Source: Bilabrum cf. latius
Taxonomy: Eukaryota
DNA length: 64,000 bases
NCBI GenBank assembly: GCA_965178125.1
Contig: OZ237743.1
Span: forward strand, 124,001-188,000
Direction: 5' to 3'
Each line of letters begins with the position of its first letter. Position 1 is the first letter of the stretch. Both the position numbers and the translations under genes were made by a program. Shown here in pieces: positions 24,985 to 35,804 of this stretch. Below the pieces are notes generated by a model, which saw nothing but the letters and a program-made list of their open reading frames with translations, did no database searches and was not told where the DNA came from.

Positions 24985-25647
24985 AGGTACGTCTCGGATC
25001 CTGACGGCCCGGGTGTGGTGCTACTGTCCACGGCACCGACCTGGGATGTGGAGGGGAGCTTGGGGCATGTGCATGCGCCGCCAGGGCAAGACTGGGGTGG
25101 GCTCTGGTGCGCAAATTACAAGGATGAGAGAGAGTGACCGGTTGAATGAATTTCGGTCGGCGCGGTGGTGCGCCACGGTCCACTGGGGCCGTTGCTTGCT
25201 TGCGCTGTCGGCATTTACGAACGTTCGCTAATTGGGTTCGTTGAGCAATCGGCGAAACCAAGGAAACTGTACATTCATTCTGCCCACGGCCGGGCAGGCA
25301 TGTTGTCGTACGGCAGCATTGCCGACGAAGCCAAGGCGGTTGTTCGTCCGTTGGATGAAGTGCCGCTGCTGCAAGCGTACCTCTCTGGGAAGCGCAGAGT
25401 CGATGAGGGCAAGCAGAGTGTGGAAGATCTCATCGCGTTTCTGAAATCCCGGAGCTCGCAAGAGCGCGCGGCGGAGTACGCCTTCACACAGATGGGGAAG
25501 AGCTAGCTCGGTGACCGCGAGCGAGGGCACGCCGACGTGGCTGAGGCCCTGCTGCACCTCCGCGACGACAGCCACAACCGCGCAGCGCAGCACCTCACCA
25601 TCGCGGATGAGATAGACAAGGAGCTCGTTCCTCCGCTGCTCGAAATG
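24985..25647 (+). repeat. Right copy of the ~660-bp direct repeat (decayed phosphatase 3' end, intergenic DNA, intact F-BAR gene start)
   Basis: Aligns to 11039-11693. Encodes a remnant RYVSDPDG matching the phosphatase C-terminus. Confidence 0.9.
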
Positions 25648-28600
25648 AAGGCCGACCTTGCTGCCATGCAGGGAGAGCTGTACAAATCCGACCGTTTGGA
25701 GCGCAGCCTCCGAAGCGCCGGCGACCGCTGCCGGCGCGCCTACACCTCGCTTCTCTCTGCCCACGGCACCCTCGTGCGATCCGCGAAAGCCGCTGGGAAA
25801 CCGGCACGGGCCTTGTGGAAGGCTCCTGTGGACCGCATATGGTCCATGCAAGAGTTGCGAGAGCGAAGGGAAGCGGCCCGCAAGGCCAGGCCCAAGCCGT
25901 CGGAGGCCCCTCGGCAAGCAGCAAGCTCCGGGAAGGTGACAGCGCCAGCTGGGAGAGGGACAGGAAAGCCGCCCCCTGGTCGCAGCGAGCCTCCTGCGGA
26001 CGCGACGATCGCCACGCCCAAGGCCGAGCAGCCTCCTGCAACCCCTGGCAGCGAAGGGGGCGACGGGGGCGCGACCCCTGGCCAGGGAGGGGGTGACAGC
26101 ACCCCCCCGGGCGGTGGCTCGGTGCAGCGGGCCAGGGTCAGCTCGACTGGGAGCGACGGTTCCGGTTTAGGATCGGCCCCCAGCGGGTCCAACCGTGCGG
26201 GTCGCGCGTCCAGCTCTGCCTCCTCCTCTCAGCCGCAGCCGCGGCAGGGGCAGGGGCAGGGGCAGGGGCAGGGGCAGGGGCAGGGGCAGGGGCAGGGGCA
26301 GGGGCAGGGGCAGGGGCAGGGGCAGGGGCAGGGGCAGAGGCGCGTGTCCAGGGCGGGGAGCGGGGCGGGAGCGCAGCAGCAGGGCGCCTCAAGGCAGCGG
26401 GGGGTTTCTGGCCAGAGGCAGCGAGGAGGTGTGCAACCGGGCGGCACTGGCGCTGGCACCGCCCGCTCTGGGATGATGGGCCGTCTGCAGAGCCTCTTCT
26501 CCGCCCCCGTTGACCCCGAGGAGGCCAAGCAGAAGGACTACGCCTATGCCGTGGAGCAGGACCTCAAAGCCAGGAGGGAGTGTTCCGGGGCGTGGAGGGG
26601 GTACAGGGACGCGAAGACCGAGTACCTGGAAGGCGTGGAGGCGGCCTGCGGCAGGATGGACGAGATCGAGTCCAGAAGGAGGGCGCTGCTGGCGGTGACC
26701 GTCAGGCACCTGCTGCTGCACCAGAGCAGCATGCTTGCCAACCTGCAGTTCGACACCCAGCAGGCCGCTAATGTGGCGGGGGACGCCGAAGAGGCCGCGA
26801 GGGAGCCCCTGCCCCCGCTTGTTCCCCGGCCCTCCCCTCAGGGGCAGACTGGGGGGGAGGTATCTGCGGCGGTGCTCAAGATGAGGAGCCGCAGCAGGAC
26901 GGGGTCCCAGGCGCTGGGTCTGGGCAAAGAGGGGGCGCGGGGGGGCAGCGGTGCGGCAGGGGGTGGTTCCGCAGGCGCCGCGCGCGTCAAGCCGGTGTCC
27001 CGTCAGCAGATGGGCGCCGGCCTGCGGCCCGGGGTCGTGCAGTACGCCGTGCATCTCGCCTTTGCTGCCCGCGGGCTTACTCTGGGCAAGACGCTCTCGG
27101 GGACAGTAGCAGGTGCAGGGGCAGGGGGGTCATCTTCGCCCCTGGCTGCCGCCTACATGGCTCTGCCTGCTTCGGTGAGGAAGGACGTGCAGCTGAGGGA
27201 GCTGGTGTGGACGGATGCGTCGAGTGACGACGAGGACGAGGAGGGGCAGGGATCGGGAGCAGAGCGCAAGGCCGGGGCAGGGGGCAACTCCTCGATGGAC
27301 CTGGAGCGGCTCATGTGGATGGACGGCGCCGTGCTGGCTGGCGCTGGCAGCAGCAGGCATGGGTCCGGCGGCAGGGGCTCGGAGGGGGGGGCAGGGGGGG
27401 GGGGATGCCTCGCCGGGCACGCCCAGCGGCTCACAGGCCGGGGTGAGGAGAATCGGGGGCGCGTTTGACGGCAGCTGCGTGTTGGTGAGCGAGAAAGCGG
27501 CCATGACTGCGCCCGGCAAAGCAGCATCGGCCGATGGCGGCCCGCAACCCGTGCTGGCCACCGTGCGTGAGATGCTCCGCGCCGCCGTTCCCGCCGCCAA
27601 GCAGGCCCTGGACAAGGCACAGGAAGGAGGAAGCGGGGCACCCGCTGCCGGTGCAGGCAAGGCATCGTCGCCAACGTCCAAGCCGCAGCAGCCCAAGGCG
27701 CCAGATGCAGTGCGCCAGCTGGTCGCGGCGCTTGACGCCCGCAGGTCTAGGGGGGTGCGCTGCGGGTCCGAGGATCTCGTCGTGGTGGCCGGGCTGGTGC
27801 GACTTGCATTGGATGCAGTGCTGGCGGGCGAGCTGCACCAGCTGGGACGGTCGTTGATGGTCCTCGGACAGACCGCACACTGCATCGAGCGGCAGTCGGG
27901 AAGCAATGGGGAGATGGAGGGGGATGGGCCTGCGGCGCGGGCGGCAGCAGAGGAGCAGGCCAAGCGGGCCGATGACGAAGCAGTAGCTGAGGATTCGCGA
28001 TAGGACGGCAAAGCCGCGTCTGGCGCCGGTGCATCGGGTCAATCCGGCGAGAAGGACTCGGACGGCGGCAGCGGCGCGGTGGTGCGGCGTGCGAGCAGCG
28101 GAGGGGGGGCCGGCAACCGGGTGTACCTGCGCGATCTGGTCCTCTCTCACCCGCTGTGGCAGTCTGCGACCTTCTGGGAGGCGTGCGTGTTCGAGACACT
28201 GGGCGCGGAGATGTCCAAAGTGGCGCCTGTGGGCGGGGCAGGGGGGTCGGGTGCCCCCGGTGGGGGGCTGGGGGGCACCCCCTCGGAGCCCGAGGCGCAG
28301 GGTAGGGAGGAGAGAAGGAGGTCCGAGGCGGCGGTGGGGTTTGGACAGCTGCACTTCTGGGCGTTCGCGATGAGTCAGTACGGGGTGCGCCGGTCGGACA
28401 TCGTGCGGATGCTGCACAAGTACCGCGTGTTTATGGGGATCGAGGACGCGCAGTGGGAGGCGCTGCTGGGGGCGGCGGGGGTGCAGGAGGGAGGAGGGAA
28501 ATCTGGCGAGATGGGAGATGCAAAAGGGGCTGAGAAAGGCTCTGAAGAGGCTCCCGGAGAGGAGGCCCCGGCGGCTGTTCACGCGACCGACGCCGAGCCA

Positions 28601-28894
28601 AGCGAGGGACAGCAGACGGAGGCAGCGACAGAGCCGGCAACATCGCCGCCCGAGGCTGACAAGTAGGACGCAGCAGAGGGCGGTGCGATGAATCTTCAAG
28701 TGGACGATGAGGTTGATGCTGACGTTGAAGGAGCCGAGGCGGTGGATGGTGAGGAGGCGGCCCACGACGGCGATGCCGCAGGATCCGCTGGCGATGCAGC
28801 AGCAGCGGGTAGCAAGACCGGGGCTGATGAAATTGCGATCGACGGCAGCAGCGACGATGAGGAGCCGGACGATGAGGATTTCATGGATGATTAA
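25300..28894 (+). CDS. F-BAR/FCH-like N-terminal domain protein with a C-terminal SBF2-like helical domain; one frameshift at a poly-G run near 27384-27404
   Basis: FCH-like RRVDEGKQSVEDLIAFLKSRSSQE and BAR-like helices. C-terminal VYLRDLVLSHPLWQSATFWE resembles the SBF2-type motif. TAGs at 25504, 28001 and 28664. The frame changes at the G8/G11 runs. Ends at TAA 28892-28894. Confidence 0.65.
26245..26337 (+). repeat. (CAGGGG)~15 coding microsatellite (QG repeat)
   Basis: Read directly from the sequence. Confidence 0.95.
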
Positions 28895-28960
28895 AGTTGA
28901 AGCGTTCAATGACTTGCGGCTAAGTTAAATGACCACAGGCCCCAAACGCATTGGCAATGG

Positions 28961-29529
28961 CAACGTCCCCCTCCCGTGCCCCAAGCTTGGGAGGGGGGGT
29001 CCCACGCTTGGGCACCTCCGAGGAGTCCCCCGGTGCCCAAGCGTGGGGTCACGCTTGGGCACATGGTCAATTGCCCAAGCGTGGAATGAATTACCCACGC
29101 CTGGGCACAGGGAGGGGGGTAAACTTGGCATTGATTCTTGCTGTTTCTTATACTAGTAGGTTGTATATTTCTATTACTTTATATATATTCACTTCGGTGT
29201 CACGCGATGGACCAATGATTGGTAGTACTGTAGTACTACGCAAGATGTGGCAGCAAAGCTTGCCATTCAAGTCATAAGCAGAGGTCAGTTCAACTCAATC
29301 CTTCTACAGACCTCGTCCCCGGAGTATCCAACGAGCCAGAGCCCGAGCCTACGGTGGACTGGCCAACCCTCTAAGCACCCGCCTCCATGCCACGGCCCAG
29401 GGGATGCGTAGCCTAGTGGAAGACCAATTGACCATGTGCCCAAGCGTGACCCCACGCTTGGGCACCGGGGGAGGTGCCCAAGCGTGAGACCCCCACTTCC
29501 CACGCTTGGGCACGGGAGGGGGACGGTTG
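28961..29529. mobile_element. MITE/foldback-like non-coding element with ~110-bp inverted arms built from the motif TGCCCAAGCGT
   Basis: 28961-29073 is the near-perfect reverse complement of 29425-29529. About 11 copies of GCCCAAGC/GCTTGGGC occur in alternating orientation, with an AT-rich core at about 29130-29290. It lies between convergent gene ends. No clear target-site duplication is visible. Confidence 0.6.
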
Positions 29530-29782
29530 AACTGGCCCTCTGCCTTGTGATTTGTCCCGCAGGGCCTAGTAGTGCAAGTTGCTCGCGTCGATTAACTTTC
29601 TGTGCAAACTGCTAGTAAACACGCGGAAGATGCAGTTGGATATCTCCGAGGACTGCGACGCAAAAGAGTCGCGACAAGCACGTGCAACGCGGACGATCAG
29701 AATGTATGCCGGGCCCAAAGATACCTGTGGGCCAGCAGCAAACTAGAAAGGCCCAAGCGGCTCTCATGGACCGCCGGGACCT

Positions 29783-31700
29783 TCACCCTGGTGTCCCTGG
29801 ACCAGGTCCGGGCCCCGATCCACCCGCGACGGGTGGGCCGGGGCCCGGTCCGGCCTACGCGCTCCTCCTCGCCGCCTGCTCCAGCATGGCAGTCGCCCTA
29901 GCGTACTTTTCATCATGCTGAAGCAGCAGCTGGTGCGCCTGCTGCCTTGCGTGCGCCTGCACTTTCGCCATGTCCTGCGCGGTGAGCGTCCTCCCCTGCT
30001 CCCTCGCCATCTCGATGTGCTTGCGCTGCACCTGCTGCGTGGCACGCTGCAGCTGCGCGGTCGCGAAGGCGCGGGCGCCTTCCAGATCGCTGCGAGAAGG
30101 ACCGCCCCCGCCTGCACCGGGCCCTGCCCCGGGCCCCGGGCCTACCCCACCGCGGCTGGGGCTTGCCGCCGCCGCCGCACCCGAATGCGCCGTCGGGCCG
30201 GCAGACGCGCCGCGCATCCCCCCAGGGTGGGGTGCCCCCGCCGGCCCACCCCCGGACCCCCCCACCCCCCCCTGTGGCCCACCCCCAGTCGGTGGCCCAC
30301 CCCCACCCCCGGGCCCTGCCTGCCTACCTACACCTACCGCCCCTGGGCCCCCTGTTCCCCCCGGCCCGCCTCCCACGCGGACACCGCCCGGCGGGCCTGG
30401 TCCGGCAGCCGTTCCCACACCCGCCCCAGACCCAGACCCAGACCCAGACCCCGCCGGCCTCCCGCTCGGCATCACTGCATAGTACACGCAGGTGGAGTGC
30501 TTCCTCCTGTACCTGGTGGTGACCCCCTGCACCATGAGCGAGTCCTTGATCGCAGTGCAATACAGGTGGTCCACGGTGACGTGCTGCGGCCGGGGGAGGG
30601 CCACGCTTGCGGCGGTGCTCGGGTTCGGGGGGGAGTTCAGCAGGATGTTCCGCAGCTGCGGAGGCAGCTGTGGGGGCTCGTTCGAGTATGCGGCGTCGTC
30701 GAGGGCGCTGTGGCCGTAGTCCTCTTCTTCCGAATCTGCGGCAGGCGGGCAGGCGAAGGGCATGGCATGGCATGGCGCGTGTGATGGCAACGGGGTGCGC
30801 AGGCGTTCACAGATGAGGACGCAGCGCGGAGCGAGCAGAAGAGTTGGTTCAGGTGCAGACAGAATAGCAAGCGGTCAGATGGCAAGGGACACTCGTCCCA
30901 TGGCGCACCAGCTGCCAGAGAGCCCGCTCCATCGAGCTGGATCGCCACCACTGGCAGTGCTCACCTTCGGCCTCGTCGTCCTGGTCCTCATCATCGCGCT
31001 TGAAATCGGTGAGGTCAATCACGTTGTTGATATTCTATCTAGAGTCTACGCTGGTCTTTTGATCCTGGGAGAATCTCCAGTGCCCGTCCACGATGAACTT
31101 GAAATGGTGCTTGCCTCGCGGCAGCATGTGCACGTAGGTGAAATCGTTTCCGCTGCGATGCATTGGGTGCCGTCGACTCCAGCCCGTAAAGCTGCCAGTT
31201 ATTTCTACCTAGTTCCCCCCTTGCTCCCATCGAAATACAACTGGGATCAAGTCTTCCTGGCGGAATCTGGACTGGTCGTCCAGCTCTCCGTCGTCGCCCA
31301 GCATAGCTCCAGCTCCATTGCTCTGCGGCAGGGCAGATTGTCCTGAACCCCCCATACCAGGTCCATCTCCAGCGATCACCTGGCCGACAGGCTAAACGGA
31401 GCCCGGCCCGCCGCTCGGGGGGGCGCCTGGACCTCCAACCGCTGGCCCAAAGTGGCTGCAGCACGTGAATCGATAAATGGACGCCATCAAGAATTGCAAC
31501 CGAGGAACAGATCCATGAAACCAAATTGATGCGTAGCAATCAACACATACGCCAGCGCCACATCAAAGATTACTGGGAAAGCGATGCCTGTGTCATTCCA
31601 CCAGACCTGTCTCGCAGCTCCCTGGGACTCACCTATGCGGAGCCATTCCTGCGCCTAGATCACCACCTTCCCCCGCATCTCGACTACTGGATGTACCCAT
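29783..31700 (-). CDS. AMPK/SNF1 kinase beta subunit; exons 31633-31700, 30965-31455 and 29783-30735
   Basis: Myristoylation-type start MGTSSS. CBM48 domain PVVFRWEQGGN[TAG]VEITGSFTGW...HHFKFIVDGHW...NINNVI. ASC domain PPQLPPQLRNILLN...LPRPQHVTVDHLY...TRYRRKHSTCVYY. Two phase-consistent GTGAG..CAG introns and 4 in-frame TAGs. Ends at TGA 29783-29785. Confidence 0.9.
30736..30964 (-). other. Spliceosomal intron 2 of the AMPK beta gene (229 nt, GTGAG...GCAG)
   Basis: Splicing joins GAA G|AT TCG in frame between the CBM48 and ASC domains. Confidence 0.8.
31456..31632 (-). other. Spliceosomal intron 1 of the AMPK beta gene (177 nt, GTGAGT...TGCAG)
   Basis: The phase-2 junction AG|C links the MGTSSS exon to the main frame. 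Confidence 0.7.
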
Positions 31701-31977
31701 ACAGTAGAGTGGGCAAAACGCCCGCTCACAAGACTGGAGGAATCCAGCAGAACAGCCAAATGCCGCTGCCACGCAGGCAAGCACTGCGGAACCAGCCTGG
31801 CAGTGCGCGGCGTCCGGTTGCAACCAAAGAGAACGAAAATGGACCCGAAATAGGTCGCGGGTGATCATGTCAACGGAGGAAGAAGAAGAAGAAGAAAAAA
31901 AGCTGCTTCAGTTGCAGCACTAGTAACCAAATGACCCCGGACGACCCTCCTCGCCCAGCCCCCACGTGAGGATCGGA

Positions 31978-34900
31978 TCAGCCCTCCTCCTCGTCCCCCG
32001 ACTCCTCCGCAGGCCCAGCCGCCGCCGCCGAGGCCATCGTCGAGGCCGCTGCTTCCCCCTCGAGGCCGAGGATCTCCCTCGCCACCGCTTCCGTCTCCCT
32101 CTCCCGCTCCACCACTGCACGCACCTTGTCGTACCTGGGCTGGCTCAGGCGCATGATCACTTGCGACCAAGCGGGCGCGCTCGCCGGCAGACCACCCGTC
32201 TGCAGGATGTTCCGCAGCGCGGCGCCGGAGAAGCCGCTCATGAAGCTCGCCCCCAGCTCCAGAGCGTCCGCCTGGAACGTCGGCTTCTCGGACGATCGGA
32301 GCTGCCAGAAGACCACGTGAGGCATCGTCGCGTACCCCGCCGCCCGGAACGCCTCCCTCGTCGATCGGAGCAGGAGCCCTTTGCCCCCAGAGGCCACGTC
32401 CGCCTCCTTTGCGGCCGCGATGCGCGGGGCCAGCCCTGCTCGGGCCTCCTCGACCTCCATGTCGGAGAGGATCAGCAGTACCCTGGGCAGCTGCTCGGCC
32501 GTAAGGTTAGCGGCCTTGGCGCGCTCCAGCACGGCCTCCAGCGCGGCGGCGGCGTTTGTTCCCCCGGAGCACTGCGCCTGCTCCAGGGCCGTCACTCGGT
32601 CGCACACGCTTGGCATGCGGGACGGCGTCCCGGGCTCGCTGCCCTCGGGCACCTTGGCCTCGAACTCGATCCACTTGGGCTTGCCGTCGAACGCAAGCAG
32701 CTTGCCGTGCCACGCAGAAGCGGGGTCGCTGAGCTCTGAGGTCAGCAGCCCCAGGGCCATGGCGGCTGCCAGCGGCCGCCCGCCGTCCCTCGCGCCCATG
32801 GACCCGCTGATGTCCACCACGGGCAGCGCGCCCACCAGCCCAGCCCCGCCCGCCAGGTCCACCCGCCCGCTGCCGGCCTCCTCCGCTGCCCGCCGCTCCA
32901 GCACCGCGCTCCCCGCCCCCGCCCCTCCCGCGGCAGGTCCGTCAGCTCCCCCCTCCGCCCCGCCCGCCGCCTCGACCCTCTTCCTCTCCCTCTTGGCCGC
33001 AGCCTCCTTGGCCCCCTCCACCATGTCGACCCACTGGGCCTCCTGCACGGGCACCTCGGCTCGCACGTCGACGGGGATACCCTCCGACCGGAGCATGGTC
33101 ACTGTCGCTTCATCCATAAAGGGGTTCCGCAGGTAGCGCTCCACGAGCTCGTGCGGCTGCACGGTGCTCCCCTTGAGCCTGTCCTTGGCCTTGCGGGCCC
33201 CGCCCTTCTCCCTGGTGTCCTTGATCGCCTCCGCCATCCGCTGCTTGAGGTCCTGCCGGGCGATGTCGAAGGATGGCTTGCGGGTGTGCCCGCCGCCCAC
33301 CTCCCTCTTGGCGTTCTGCAGAGCCCCCTGGTACACCTTGAGTGCCCTGCCGGGGATGCAGGACGGGTCGATCTCGTCCCAACGCTGCTGCGACATCAAC
33401 GACTCCACCACGCCAGAAGCGGCCCGCAGGCCGGTCAGCAGCCAGCGGTACCGCATCAAGGACTGGCGCAGGCTGCCCTCCAGTCGTGCCCCGAGGGCGT
33501 CTGCCCCTTCAGCTCCCGCCGCAGCGGCATCACCGCCAGCCGCAGCCCCCCTGCGCTCCGACTCCAGAGCCAGGGCCTCGAGGCGAGCCGCCCGGCCCGT
33601 CAGCACGCGCGCCACCCTCTCGTGCTCCTGCCGGATCCGCCCCCTGGCCTGTCCCTCCAGCGCGCGCGCCTCCTCCTCGTCCAGCTCCTGCCTCAAGGCA
33701 ACCCTGGTGGCGTCCTCCTCCGCCTCCTTGGTCGCGCGGGCCCGGGCCTTGTCAGCCTGCTGCTTGAGGGCCACGGCGCGCTTCCGGAGAGCGGCTGGAA
33801 GCACCACCCCGGGGGCCGCACCCGCCGCCCTCACCCCCGCCACCGCCAGCGCATCCTCCAGGCTGCTGCCCGCTGCCTGGCAGGCGGCCGCGCTGAGCCT
33901 GGCCACAGGTGGCAGGGCCCCAGCCGCACCCGCACCCGCACCGGCACCGGCACCGGCACCCGCGCCCGGCGTGCATCCCTCGCGCACCACCGCAGCCTTC
34001 TCCTCCTCGCTCCCCCGCGCCTCGATCGCCGCCCCCGCCTCCTGCAGGTCAGCGCCCGCGATGGGGAACAGACGCAGGGCCAGGGCCAGGGCCAGCTCCG
34101 ACTCCCGGTCCGTCGCTGACCCCTGCGTGGGGGCCCACTTCCCCGCGAGGCTCACCCCCAGCTTGCCGCCCTTGCCCTCTGCCCTCGAGGCCTTACCCCC
34201 GGCCCCGCCCTCGGCCCCGGATCCAGCCCCGGCCCCCGACTCGGGAGCTGGTCGCAAGTGCTCCACCCCCGTAGCAGCAGCAGCAGCTCCCGAAGGTGCT
34301 GCTGTGGAGGCACTGCCTCCCGCCGCCCCAGCACCAGCACCAGCACCAGCACCAGCACCAGCCCCAGCCAGAGCGGCAGCAGCGACGAGGAACCGACCCG
34401 CCTGCCGCAGGGTCATGCCCGCGTACTTGCTGCGCTGTTCCCTGGCCTCGTCCGCCGCCCGGGCCTCCTCCATGTCGTTCGACACGTCCACGTCGCCCAT
34501 GGCCTCCCGCTTGGCACCCGCCAGCTCCCTGCCCTTCAGCTTCCTCCTCTTGCTCGCCGCCCCGAGAGCAACCTCCTCCCGCTCCGAGTCCTCCTCCTTC
34601 ACGCCCTGGCGGCGTAGGAACGCGGCCAGCCGGATAGCGTCCCGCCGCAAAGCCCGCGCCATCTCCGCCTCGGCGCCCTCTGCAAGTCCCACCAGAGACA
34701 CGCGGTCGTACGAGCCCGCCGTCTCCGCGTCTACCCGCCCCGCCGACGCGAGGGCCGATGCGGAACCGGTGGCGCCGCGCAAAGACCCGGACCCCGAGCC
34801 CGCGTCGTCCCTCCCCCGCGCGGCCGTCCGCGCGGCGCGCACCGCAATGCCGTGCAGCTGGCGAAGGTTCCTCCAGGACGCGTACCGCGGTACGAGCCGA

Positions 34901-35463
34901 AGGAGCGCGCGGGCGGTTCTGGGGCACTTGCGGCCGATCTCGAGGAGCAGCTGCGACATGAGCAGCCGCTCGCCCCTGCCCTCCTGCACGTCTCCCACCT
35001 CAAAGGAAAGCACGAAAAGGTCTCGCAGGGCCAGCTGCAGCGCCGAAGCGCCGAGTGCGGCGCCGTCCCTGATCACTCGCTCCACCGCACTCCGCAGCTC
35101 GGGAGCAGGAAGCAGCTGCACGGAGCCCAGCTGGATCTCCTCCTACTCCTCCTCCTTTCCCTCCCTACCAGACGCTTGGGCTGCGCCACGAAGGGCGCCG
35201 CGCTGCCGAAGGACTGCCTCGGAAACGGGCCGGCCGCGAACCCTCTGGCCGACAAGCGAGCCCGAGAGAACGGCGAGTGCCCCGGCCCTCCGAGCAATAC
35301 TTGCTCGAATATCTCCCGTCATCTCACCTGGAGCTGCCTTTCCATCCGAAAGTCCTGATCCTGACGCCGAACCAGACGCAGAAAGTGCCACCGCACCGTG
35401 CTCGGTGGAGGAAAATGCGATCTTCTCTCCGTCATCTGTAGACGTCTTAGGGGCGGTCGACAT
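31978..35463 (-). CDS. DUF2828-family protein with a C-terminal vWA-like domain
   Basis: Motifs VSLAGKWAP, WDEIDPSCIPGRAL, QPHELV, EAQW, PVVDISGSM, GTN, ILSDM, PHVVFWQLR and MSGFS. ORFs 35143-35463 and 31978-35121 are joined by one TAG. Ends at TGA. Confidence 0.8.
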
Positions 35464-35804
35464 ATCAAATCAACAGACAGACGTAATATTCAGTATATAA
35501 TACAGGGGCTAACCTGGCTATTAGCTCTGCTTAGCGATCAAATACGCGGTAAATTGTGTGAGGAAAGTTGCACCGCAAGAACTGGCACTTTTCCTCTTCT
35601 TCCTCCTTTCTCGCGCTCGGGTTCCGGTTTTTGAATTGTACAGAACGTTCGATTATCACCACAGAACCCGGCTGCGCGGCAAGTGCAACCTTCAGGTTAT
35701 TGTCGCGCCATGGACCGCGTTCGCGATGCTACTTCCGGACTGAAGTCATCTTATCAATTAATATCACAGCTTGAGGCCTTGGATTAGTCTGTTAGAGGAA
35801 CCAT

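Noticed and set aside
35143-35145. TAG inside a GAG run (EEE-TAG-EE), suggesting TAG = Glu
   Set aside because: It is a single low-complexity site where an E-to-Q change is tolerated, and it is outweighed by the conserved-Gln, poly-Q and CAG-TAG paralog evidence.
33164-35500. Long antisense/alternative ORFs (e.g. 33164-35500 +, 893-2572 -, 2585-4129 -, 27431-28909 -)
   Set aside because: They are shadows of real GC-rich genes on the opposite strand, with low-complexity translations and no motifs.
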